Source of the DNA: a virus
Taxonomy: Duplodnaviria > Caudoviricetes
Length of the DNA stretch: 61,462 nucleotides
Virus record (IMG/VR): IMGVR_UViG_3300034168_000141
Coordinates: 1-61,462 of that record
Reading direction: 5' to 3' (one strand)
Shown in pieces: positions 7,276 to 14,759 of this stretch (positions are counted from its first letter, which is position 1; every line of letters starts with the position of its first letter). The translations under genes and the position numbers were made by a program. The notes under the pieces are model-generated. The model did no database searches and was not told the DNA's origin. It saw only the letters and a list, made by a program, of their open reading frames with translations.

Positions 7276-8138
7276 TGCACAAAATTAGGTACAATGAGGT
7301 GAGTATCAACAGGTTTCTTAATTCTTTCTAAATTTAATTCTAATAGATAAGCACCCAAAGGTTTAGGAGGTCTCATACGCTCTACGTGAAAGCCCATAAA
7401 GCCCTCATCATACTCTTCTTTATAACTTGCTGTTCTAATGTGATGCACATATCTCATGTTAATTCTATAGCCTGAGTTACTTGCATAGCATAACTCTTCT
7501 ACCATATCAGCATGATGGTAAAGTTCATGCACATGGCCGGTCCAAATGCAATCAGCTCCATCTATCATTACACCCATACGGTTATTCTGAATTACTCCCT
7601 TAGTAACTACTCCTCCTCCTCCTGATCCATGATAATACTTTGTCTTAAATACAAAAGTGCTCGTCTTAGTAGCTTGCACTCTATGTATCCACCAACCGCC
7701 ATAACCACCTACTAATACATTAGAGTTAGCTTCTCGGTTTAATCCACTTACAAATCTCTCTATTAAATCAGTTTCACAGTTCTTTATAATTGCAGTCTCA
7801 TGGTTACCATATCCCACAAATATCATCAAATGAGCATAAGGCTTAAACCAATCTATCGCAGTATTAACTAAAGCATCTAAGTAATTAGCTACGTTATGCT
7901 CCGGTAGAATATCCTGCTTACTTCTACGTGGATCATACTTGCCCTGCATGCAGCAGAACAAATCACCATTAACAGCAAAAGAAATATTTTCTTCTAAGCA
8001 CTTATCTAAATGCGCTTTAAGTAGCTTTCTATCGCAATGGGGATTATCCCAGTGCAGATCACTCATCATTAAAAACTTATCACCGCTTTTGCAAGTAGTA
8101 ACTATGACATTTCTACCCTCTCGATATGATGTAATCAT
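7260..8138 (-). CDS. Calcineurin-like metallophosphoesterase
   Basis: SDLH, NGD, GNHE, YHG, GHVH motifs. Confidence 0.85.
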   Translation of the reverse strand: MITSYREGRNVIVTTCKSGDKFLMMSDLHWDNPHCDRKLLKAHLDKCLEENISFAVNGDLFCCMQGKYDPRRSKQDILPEHNVANYLDALVNTAIDWFKPYAHLMIFVGYGNHETAIIKNCETDLIERFVSGLNREANSNVLVGGYGGWWIHRVQATKTSTFVFKTKYYHGSGGGGVVTKGVIQNNRMGVMIDGADCIWTGHVHELYHHADMVEELCYASNSGYRINMRYVHHIRTASYKEEYDEGFMGFHVERMRPPKPLGAYLLELNLERIKKPVDTHLIVPNFVQWRDK

Positions 8139-8469
8139 TTGTAATTATATTAGATTTAAGCTCCTGAAAATGTTTCTTGAATTCGTTATAAGGCACATCT
8201 ATTACTACTGCATTATCTATGCCTTGCATAAGCGCTAAGGTGCGTTCTCCTACGTAGTACGTGCCATCTTTCCTAAACTCTACCTCAGCTTGAATACCCA
8301 CACATTTGCGAGCATCAAACATAAAGGGGATATCCTCAGCATAAGTAGCCTCTAAGCCTATGTCATCGCTGTAATTCCATTGAATTATCGTGCAGCTGCA
8401 TAGCTCAGGCAATAGTTTAGCGTTTAAATCTATTGGCTCCTTCTTTCTTTTAAATAGATTCATAGACAA
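8113..8469 (-). CDS. Hypothetical protein
   Basis: ORF in operon. Confidence 0.65.
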   Translation of the reverse strand: MSMNLFKRKKEPIDLNAKLLPELCSCTIIQWNYSDDIGLEATYAEDIPFMFDARKCVGIQAEVEFRKDGTYYVGERTLALMQGIDNAVVIDVPYNEFKKHFQELKSNIITNDYIISRG

Positions 8470-8477
8470 AGGTTAAC

Positions 8478-8506
8478 AAAAAAGCCGAGCAATGAGCTCA
8501 GCTTTT
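8478..8506 (-). terminator. Intrinsic terminator-like hairpin
   Basis: AAAAGC(C)GAGC...GCTC(A)GCTTTT flanked by A/T runs, intergenic. Confidence 0.55.
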
Positions 8507-8552
8507 CAAATTAGTTACTAACATCTATTTGTTAGTGGAAGAAATTAGATAA

Positions 8553-8747
8553 TTATATTTTTTCCTCCCGAATCTCTATCTTAAATAGTTCTTTAAGTAT
8601 TTCTATCTCCGCATCTTTCCAGTTGCTAATTCCCTGCTCTCTCAGGCAATAGTTACTTTGCTCTATGCCTAACTTATAAGCTAGGTAGTCTTGCTTGTAT
8701 CCATAGAATAACCTATAGCATTTAATTGATTTGTGAAATGGTATCAT
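8553..8747 (-). CDS. XRE-family HTH protein
   Basis: IKCYRLFYGYKQDYLAYKLGIEQSNYCLREQG XRE pattern. Confidence 0.75.
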   Translation of the reverse strand: MIPFHKSIKCYRLFYGYKQDYLAYKLGIEQSNYCLREQGISNWKDAEIEILKELFKIEIREEKI

Positions 8748-9487
8748 GATTGTTTGATTATTTTTTTAATAATGTCTATGTAAATTAATCTGCTCAGCTC
8801 TATCTTTTGGTAGCCATCAAACTCTTCTTGGGCAGATGGGCCTAACACTACTCGGTTAGATGCTTTAAATTTAGCCTCTGTTTTCTGCTTAGCCAAGTCA
8901 TCAAAGCGTGCCCATACCTCTGCATCCCATTCCGATTTCTTATAGATGCCCTGCCTAAATAAGCGCTGACAGTTGTAAGGTGCAGATATTTCTACCCAGG
9001 TCTCCTTACCATCTTGCCATCTTTCTACATCAGCGTGCAGCGCAGTTAATGGATCAGTAGGTTCAGCTCTTATAATCTCAGGCTCTGGTAATATCAGCGC
9101 CTTGTTAAGCTCTCGCCATACTTTGCTCTTATACTCTTCATAGCGCTTAAATACATCACTCATAAAAGCTACGCTAAATAGATTAAATGCATCTATTCTG
9201 TCAAAGTCTTTACCTATTGCATTGTATAAGAAAGCATTTTGCCAATCTTTTATAGAGAGCTGCATGTAAGTAGTCAATACTACTTGCTTAAGCAGGCTAA
9301 CTTCGATGTCTGAAGGCAGAGATTTAATGCCATTAACTACAGCTGCTTGTGCTATGAGCTCTCTAAACTCTTGCTCATTCAAACATATAAGCTTATCTGA
9401 GCTCATGCAGGCCACGATGTTCTTCTCTTCAGCGCTTAGTAAACGACTGAAGCTCGGATGTACTAATACGGCCAATTCTTTGCTCAT
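8744..9487 (-). CDS. Putative replication protein (helicase-loader position)
   Basis: Follows the initiator-like gene; homologue 40823..41578; function inferred from position only. Confidence 0.45.
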   Translation of the reverse strand: MSKELAVLVHPSFSRLLSAEEKNIVACMSSDKLICLNEQEFRELIAQAAVVNGIKSLPSDIEVSLLKQVVLTTYMQLSIKDWQNAFLYNAIGKDFDRIDAFNLFSVAFMSDVFKRYEEYKSKVWRELNKALILPEPEIIRAEPTDPLTALHADVERWQDGKETWVEISAPYNCQRLFRQGIYKKSEWDAEVWARFDDLAKQKTEAKFKASNRVVLGPSAQEEFDGYQKIELSRLIYIDIIKKIIKQS

Positions 9488-9752
9488 CTTGTTCTGTTTT
9501 ATTTTGGTTTATATCTCTTGCTCTCCACTGATCAGCAGCAGCCTTCCAGCTCTTCATGGAATTCTTGCCTACCTTCCATCCATTGCTCTCATAAAAGCAA
9601 TAGAATCTTTTAGATAGAACTATATCATCTGTGTAGGCTATGATGTCTGAGAGTGATGGAGGTGTAAATTTGATAGAAGGTAAACGCTTTGTTTCAAGCG
9701 CTTTAACCCTCTCCTCTAGCGCTTCGATGCGCTTTAATAAGATAGTCATCAT
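9429..9752 (-). CDS. Replication-initiator-like protein (FxPP...FYESNGWKVG...WKAA domain)
   Basis: Motif common in phage replisome-organiser C-termini; likely start 9752 (A-rich leader) rather than 9803; homologue 40498..40890. Confidence 0.6.
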   Translation of the reverse strand: MMTILLKRIEALEERVKALETKRLPSIKFTPPSLSDIIAYTDDIVLSKRFYCFYESNGWKVGKNSMKSWKAAADQWRARDINQNKTEQDEQRIGRISTSELQSFTKR

Positions 9753-9763
9753 TTGGTTTAGTA

Positions 9764-10168
9764 TTATTGATTCGCCAAATATAACAGAAATCTCTTCCAC
9801 CAAGGCAATGCTACTGCTTTTTTCTCTTTAAGCTCAGAGATATACTTAAAGCCTTTAGGCTTAGTCCATTCGTATTCGGTAATATTATTCTCTGCTTTTG
9901 TTTGCTGAATCTGCTCATAGTATCTATTCTTAGCCTCAATAAATTGATTGAACTTATCTTGTCTTAAATGCTTTGCAGCTTCCCAATCACGTGAGCCCAC
10001 CTTTTTAATAATGCCTACTTCTCGCATAAGTTGCAGGTATTGCTTTCCCATTCGCTCATGCTTGAGTGCTGCGCTTGGTGTCATTCCAGCATTGACTAAA
10101 ACACACACGCTTTTTACTCGCTCTATAGTTACCTTACCGGTATCATAACTAATGCTTAATTGTTTCAT
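9764..10168 (-). CDS. Hypothetical early protein
   Basis: Homologue 39104..39523 (IERVKSVCVLVNAG vs IARVREFCKLVNEG). Confidence 0.75.
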   Translation of the reverse strand: MKQLSISYDTGKVTIERVKSVCVLVNAGMTPSAALKHERMGKQYLQLMREVGIIKKVGSRDWEAAKHLRQDKFNQFIEAKNRYYEQIQQTKAENNITEYEWTKPKGFKYISELKEKKAVALPWWKRFLLYLANQ

Positions 10169-10188
10169 TTGGTTTAGTGATTTATTAA

Positions 10189-10677
10189 TTATTTACTTAA
10201 TCTGTTAAATGCTCGGTTTAAATCTTGGCTATCTATGTGATTTAGAATCTGCTCCACATGACCTCTATACATTCGATCTGTTTGGATTAAAGCCTCCACA
10301 TGCTTAACAGCGTGCAGCACTGTAGCGTGATGCCTATTAAATACCTTGCCTACATCATAGAAGCTCATGCTGGTACCCTTGCGAATAATCCACATAGCAG
10401 TTTGCCTGATATCGTTTAGTTCTCGCTTTCTACATTTGCCCTTCATCTCACTCCAATCCACCTGAGTAAGATTGCAAATCACTTTCATCATATCATTAGT
10501 GAGTTTCTCGTTAATAGATTCTACCTCTCCATTAATTGACTGCCAATTAAGCTCCGGTATCTCACTTTCATTCACAGCTCTGATTAAGTTATCTATGCGC
10601 TTGCGTGCAAAGTGCTGATGATCTGATGGTATAAGCAGAATTAAATCTGCTATCTTTTTTTCTACTGCGTTACTCAT
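10189..10677 (-). CDS. DnaA C-terminal (domain IV) HTH protein
   Basis: RKRELNDIRQTAMWII...SFYDVGKVFNRHHATVLHAVKHV resembles Bac_DnaA_C; homologue 39752..40285. Confidence 0.8.
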   Translation of the reverse strand: MSNAVEKKIADLILLIPSDHQHFARKRIDNLIRAVNESEIPELNWQSINGEVESINEKLTNDMMKVICNLTQVDWSEMKGKCRKRELNDIRQTAMWIIRKGTSMSFYDVGKVFNRHHATVLHAVKHVEALIQTDRMYRGHVEQILNHIDSQDLNRAFNRLSK

Positions 10678-10907
10678 TTGCTATCCTTCATTAATTCGAT
10701 TATGTATGGTATCTCTTCCTCAGTTACATTAGCGAGCTTACCTATGTGTGATACCTTCATAGTAAACGGTTGCTTAATGAACTTTTGAGCTGTGGGGTAA
10801 CTTACCTCCAGCACCTCCGCAAAGTGTGCAACAGTCATAAAATGACTGCGCACCCATGCGTGAAACGGTGTAAGCTTAGAATGGCATTTCATCGTTGCTA
10901 ATTTCAT
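10674..10907 (-). CDS. Small HTH protein
   Basis: FAEVLEVSYPTAQKFI; homologue 39520..39759. Confidence 0.65.
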   Translation of the reverse strand: MKLATMKCHSKLTPFHAWVRSHFMTVAHFAEVLEVSYPTAQKFIKQPFTMKVSHIGKLANVTEEEIPYIIELMKDSK

Positions 10908-11499
10908 TGGTTAAATCTAATTTAGTTTCTATAATAGACTCGCCTTTAAGCCATGCTAAGAATATCTCAGCAGTATCTAATACATCACCTGGCTTACTTC
11001 CCTTTTGCTCTTTGCAGAATAGCACAGCATTGTTTAGAGCTACTGATTTGCTTATAGAATTCTGCACATCAGGTGATTCTTTGCGGTAATTAACAGCGCT
11101 ATTTACCGCACCACCTTGAGCAGAAGATGGACCACTGTACTGCATTGGATTCTGCATCTTAAAGTTAGTAGTCTTTTTACCTGTAGGACCTGTACGCTCT
11201 TCAGCAGTGTAATGCAAGGTAGCACCTACTGCTATCTTAGGGCTGTTCATATCCTTAACTCCTATTTGACCTACCTCTCCATTTTCGAGAAGTAAATCAA
11301 AGTAATGGATAGCTCCTGAAGGTCCATCCCACGTTCTAACAAATTTCTGTGATTTAACTGTTGACTGATTCATAACTGTTTGTTTTATTTTGTTTTTATT
11401 TATGTATTTATCTAACTTACTTGCTAACTTTTCTTCCTGCTCATCCCAATCTATTGATGGCTTCAGCTTATCCCAATTAGGTTCTCTTGTGTAACTCAT
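10876..11499 (-). CDS. Putative single-stranded DNA-binding protein
   Basis: OB-like beta-rich core, acidic tail NDEMPF; candidate starts at 11499 and 11373. Confidence 0.55.
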   Translation of the reverse strand: MSYTREPNWDKLKPSIDWDEQEEKLASKLDKYINKNKIKQTVMNQSTVKSQKFVRTWDGPSGAIHYFDLLLENGEVGQIGVKDMNSPKIAVGATLHYTAEERTGPTGKKTTNFKMQNPMQYSGPSSAQGGAVNSAVNYRKESPDVQNSISKSVALNNAVLFCKEQKGSKPGDVLDTAEIFLAWLKGESIIETKLDLTNEISNDEMPF

Positions 11500-11725
11500 C
11501 AGGATTGTTTTGAAAGTATGAGCGCCAGCTCTCATAAACTACTTTCTGAGCCATTTCGTTGAACTCTAACTCCTCTCCCGGTAGTGAGCTCTGCACGCAG
11601 ATAAATCTGCTTTGGTAGCGATCAGATAACATAGCGATCAGACATAAAGTAGTCATGCACATTATTTTCATCTTCGCTCTCAAATTGGTAGAGGAAGGTC
11701 CCATCATCAGGGAATACCTCACCAT
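11477..11725 (-). CDS. Hypothetical early protein (true start probably downstream)
   Basis: FICVQSS segment matches FICVSSS in 37300..37656. Confidence 0.5.
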   Translation of the reverse strand: MVRYSLMMGPSSTNLRAKMKIMCMTTLCLIAMLSDRYQSRFICVQSSLPGEELEFNEMAQKVVYESWRSYFQNNPDELHKRT

Positions 11726-11852
11726 GCTTTTTAGCTGTTGAGAAATCAGTTAGTGAATAGGAGTGAGCTGATGTATACAGCCTCCATTTGCATCCTTCGG
11801 CATCCCACCGAGATACGATAACCTTACCGGTTATGTTGTTTGGTTTATTCAT
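11622..11852 (-). CDS. Hypothetical early protein
   Basis: ORF with A-rich leader. Confidence 0.65.
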   Translation of the reverse strand: MNKPNNITGKVIVSRWDAEGCKWRLYTSAHSYSLTDFSTAKKHGEVFPDDGTFLYQFESEDENNVHDYFMSDRYVI

Positions 11853-11877
11853 GATTATTAATTAAGTTGCTAATATA

Positions 11878-12114
11878 CTAAATTCTTTTTATACTGATAA
11901 CTACCTCGTCATTTTCCCACTCATACAATGCGCCTTCGTTATACTCTTCTATCCATACTGGAGTATAATCAAATTTGTAAATCTTCATGAGTAGTGGTAG
12001 CATCTGCTGCGCTACTTCCCATGTATCTGCTATGAATAAGTTAGCAGTGCCTAAGCGCTCAGCTATTGAGATTGCTACCTCGTCTAATGGTGTAACTACT
12101 ACGTGGTACTTCAT
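11878..12114 (-). CDS. Hypothetical early protein
   Basis: ORF coupled to upstream gene. Confidence 0.65.
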   Translation of the reverse strand: MKYHVVVTPLDEVAISIAERLGTANLFIADTWEVAQQMLPLLMKIYKFDYTPVWIEEYNEGALYEWENDEVVISIKRI

Positions 12115-12293
12115 AGCTCTACCTCCTTACTTAATAGGATAGTCTTAGTAGGTATCCAGGTAATAGCTTCCTCATACTCAGCCTTAGCCTCTTCAAAGGT
12201 TGCAAATGATTTCTGATAGCTGCCATCAATTTTAAGATAGTAGCGTGTGCCATCATACTTGGCTTGCTCTTCAATTTCAAATAGTTTAGTCAT
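12111..12293 (-). CDS. Hypothetical early protein
   Basis: Homologue 37108..37278. Confidence 0.75.
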   Translation of the reverse strand: MTKLFEIEEQAKYDGTRYYLKIDGSYQKSFATFEEAKAEYEEAITWIPTKTILLSKEVEL

Positions 12294-12295
12294 GA

Positions 12296-12412
12296 TTATT
12301 TATAATTTATATTGGTTTCTATTTTTTCTAACTCTGCTGTCTGAGCATCGAATGTGCCAGCAATTAACATTCCTGCGAAGAGGACTAAGATGATGAGTAG
12401 TGCTTTTTTCAT
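12296..12412 (-). CDS. 38 aa single-TM early peptide
   Basis: Manual translation MKKALLIILVLFAGMLIAGTFDAQTAELEKIETNINYK; homologue 36998..37111. Confidence 0.8.
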   Translation of the reverse strand: MKKALLIILVLFAGMLIAGTFDAQTAELEKIETNINYK

Positions 12413-12434
12413 TTGCTTATTGATTTAATTTTAG

Positions 12435-12465
12435 CAAATGTACTACAATATTTTAGATATGCAAA
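12435..12465 (-). promoter_or_regulatory. Early promoter of genome A (TTTG-N19-TACATTTG)
   Basis: Full Bacteroidota -33/-7 consensus directly upstream of the first early gene. Confidence 0.8.
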
Positions 12466-12512
12466 AGAAACCTTACTAATTTTAGTAAAGTTATTAACAA
12501 AGATTTGTTAGC

Positions 12513-12911
12513 TTAGAAAAATACAGTGAAGATAATACCCCCTATAAATGAGATGGGAATACCTATAAGCGCTGTATTGCGCCATGATTCTTTACGTGCA
12601 GATTCTTTATCTCGCTCTTGCTGTGCTGCGCTTAGATTAATTGCCATGCGCTCGTTTAGTACACTGTATTCATCTATAGATTTAGCCTGATCACTAATGA
12701 CATAAGATGCAATACTATCACTTTTAGTCAATAAGACTACCTGAGATTTGAGATAATCACGCTCTATCTTTAATTTAAGTAATGATCTTACTTGCTCAGT
12801 CGTTAGTGTTACCAGGGTATCTTTCCCCGGCAAGGCTTGAGAGTAGATTGTGCATGGCTCTGCGCAGGCCATTCCTATCAAGAGAATCAATAGCGCTAAT
12901 GTTTGCTTCAT
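12513..12911 (-). CDS. Putative spanin component (signal/lipobox-like N-terminus, coiled coil, C-terminal TM)
   Basis: End of lysis cassette, overlaps 12796..13170 in another frame. Confidence 0.5.
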   Translation of the reverse strand: MKQTLALLILLIGMACAEPCTIYSQALPGKDTLVTLTTEQVRSLLKLKIERDYLKSQVVLLTKSDSIASYVISDQAKSIDEYSVLNERMAINLSAAQQERDKESARKESWRNTALIGIPISFIGGIIFTVFF

Positions 12912-13170
12912 ATCTTTCTTTGTTACGTTCTAATTGCACATTCAGTTGTTCAATTTCAAGCATGCGCTGCACGTTAGTAGCTTCTAATGAATCAATAACA
13001 TGAGTAGCTCTGTCTGCTCTGCGCTCATAACCTTCAATAGCTTTCTTGCTATCCTTTAAAGCTATGTATAATAGCTGAATAGTAATGCAGATGGATAGTG
13101 CTACTACCATAACTGCAGCTGCTTTAATTTGAGTCTTGGCCTGTTGAGTCATTTGATTTCTTTTTACCAA
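12796..13170 (-). CDS. Putative inner-membrane spanin
   Basis: N-terminal TM plus coiled coil in lysis cassette. Confidence 0.5.
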   Translation of the reverse strand: MVKRNQMTQQAKTQIKAAAVMVVALSICITIQLLYIALKDSKKAIEGYERRADRATHVIDSLEATNVQRMLEIEQLNVQLERNKERYEANISAIDSLDRNGLRRAMHNLLSSLAGERYPGNTND

Positions 13171-13369
13171 AGATAGATTCTATAACTGTTAATCCCAAGC
13201 CTCCTCCTGCTAAAATTAGCAAGCCGTCAAACATATACTCAGGGCATTTATACTCTGTAAAGGTACCGATGTAAGATAAGTTGATGCATACAAGTAATGT
13301 TACTATAGACGCTACTCTTTTGGAGCTGGCATCTCCCTCATTACTAAATATGCTCCTTAACCATTTCAT
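13124..13369 (-). CDS. Putative holin (2 TM)
   Basis: SSKR followed by two TMs; homologue 45367..45621. Confidence 0.6.
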   Translation of the reverse strand: MKWLRSIFSNEGDASSKRVASIVTLLVCINLSYIGTFTEYKCPEYMFDGLLILAGGGLGLTVIESIFGKKKSNDSTGQDSN

Positions 13370-13539
13370 CTTTTCTTACGCATCTTATAGATCGTAAAGA
13401 TAGATGCAGCTGCTGATAGTAATAAACAAAATATCTTTAATGCGAATTCAACATCTACCATCCATGCTGGAACACTAAGCAAGATGCTGCTAACTGTACC
13501 GGTTACTCCTTCGGCTATCTGCTGCTGATTATTACTCAT
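13366..13539 (-). CDS. 57 aa membrane protein (holin/antiholin-like)
   Basis: Manual translation MSNNQQQIAEGVTGTVSSILLSVPAWMVDVEFALKIFCLLLSAAASIFTIYKMRKKR; 4-nt overlaps with both neighbours. Confidence 0.65.
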   Translation of the reverse strand: MSNNQQQIAEGVTGTVSSILLSVPAWMVDVEFALKIFCLLLSAAASIFTIYKMRKKR

Positions 13540-14081
13540 GATTCTTTCAGTAGTGTGTATGTAAATGATTTTTTACCTGATTTAATACAGGCTTGTATAA
13601 GCTCTTTGAATTGCTTAGGATTGTTTAGCACCTGGCAGCCTGCACTCCACTTGTCAATATTCTTAGATTCTGTTAATTCGTTAGCTCTATGAATGTTAAT
13701 TCCAAATAGGCCCGTATCCTCTTTGCCCTGCTCCTCAGCAATGCTATCCTTATCGGCATCTCTGAATACAGTAACTTTCTTTGACTGTACTAATGCGTTG
13801 TATTTGCCCTTATGCAAGCCTAATACATAGGTATCTACGTATTGCCCTGCCTTAAGTACAGCAGTCCCTAAAGAATTGATAGGATTATTCAGCCAAAATG
13901 TACCTGGATTAGTCGTACCGGTGTACCATTGCACCTGATCACCTTGCACCAATCCTATTAAATCATCAAATTTATTAGGCTCATTTGCTTTAGACCTGAT
14001 ACCTACCACGTGAATAGTAGGCCATTTGTAGCCAAGCTCTGTAAATTGAGCTTTAAGCTCTTCTGCTGTTGGTGCTTTCAT
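13536..14081 (-). CDS. Putative endolysin with L,D-transpeptidase-like catalytic motif
   Basis: GINIHRA...WSAGCQV (H...SxGC); occupies the slot of B's lysozyme. Confidence 0.6.
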   Translation of the reverse strand: MKAPTAEELKAQFTELGYKWPTIHVVGIRSKANEPNKFDDLIGLVQGDQVQWYTGTTNPGTFWLNNPINSLGTAVLKAGQYVDTYVLGLHKGKYNALVQSKKVTVFRDADKDSIAEEQGKEDTGLFGINIHRANELTESKNIDKWSAGCQVLNNPKQFKELIQACIKSGKKSFTYTLLKES

Positions 14082-14172
14082 GCTTTCTTAATTCTTTATC
14101 TCGTTTAGTTAGATAGACCTTTAGCTTACGCTCATAGTCTTTTCTTGTTTGCTCTTCCTTTGTTATCTTCAT

Positions 14173-14748
14173 TTAGTTAGTAAAGTTTCTAATGCTAAAT
14201 CTATTCCATGGATTTGCTGCATCATTAGCAGCTCTGCTAAATGCTATTTGGCTCTGCCTGTTAACTACTCTGATGGGTGTAATATCAGGCGAAGTATTAT
14301 TGCTATATTCGGGATAGTCTGAGTTATTAGCACAAAGGTAATCTACCAATCTTTGAGTATAGTAGTTAGCATTCTCACGAGCCATATCTCGTAAAGATGA
14401 TAGTTCACTCTGAGAGATCGCTGTAGTATTCTCTGATTGGCGAGTAACTAAGTTACCGTTATCGTGCTTATACATAAGCATAGGGTAAAGCTCTACCATA
14501 GTCCACCATGCAGTAGGCTTAACTATGTATTCATTTAGCAAAGTCTCATAGACTCCTGCTAAAGTGCCATTCTCTATCTCGTTCTTAATCTTATTAGTTA
14601 GATTAGTACCTAACCACAAAGTAATATACTTATCTTGAGCTAAGTAAATTGCAGGGCGAATAAGGTTAGTATCTACAGCTTCATTCAGCTGAGTATATTT
14701 CTTAAGGAATTCCTCGTTAATGAAAAGTATTTCGGGTGCTATTGCCAT
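14173..14748 (-). CDS. Putative head-tail adaptor
   Basis: Directly downstream of portal; homologue 46433..47005. Confidence 0.55.
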   Translation of the reverse strand: MAIAPEILFINEEFLKKYTQLNEAVDTNLIRPAIYLAQDKYITLWLGTNLTNKIKNEIENGTLAGVYETLLNEYIVKPTAWWTMVELYPMLMYKHDNGNLVTRQSENTTAISQSELSSLRDMARENANYYTQRLVDYLCANNSDYPEYSNNTSPDITPIRVVNRQSQIAFSRAANDAANPWNRFSIRNFTN

Positions 14749-14759
14749 GTTATTAATGT

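Noticed and set aside
8553-8747. CI-type lysogeny repressor
   Set aside because: Only a 64 aa HTH within the early operon, with no peptidase domain, no divergent cro arrangement and no integrase in either genome.
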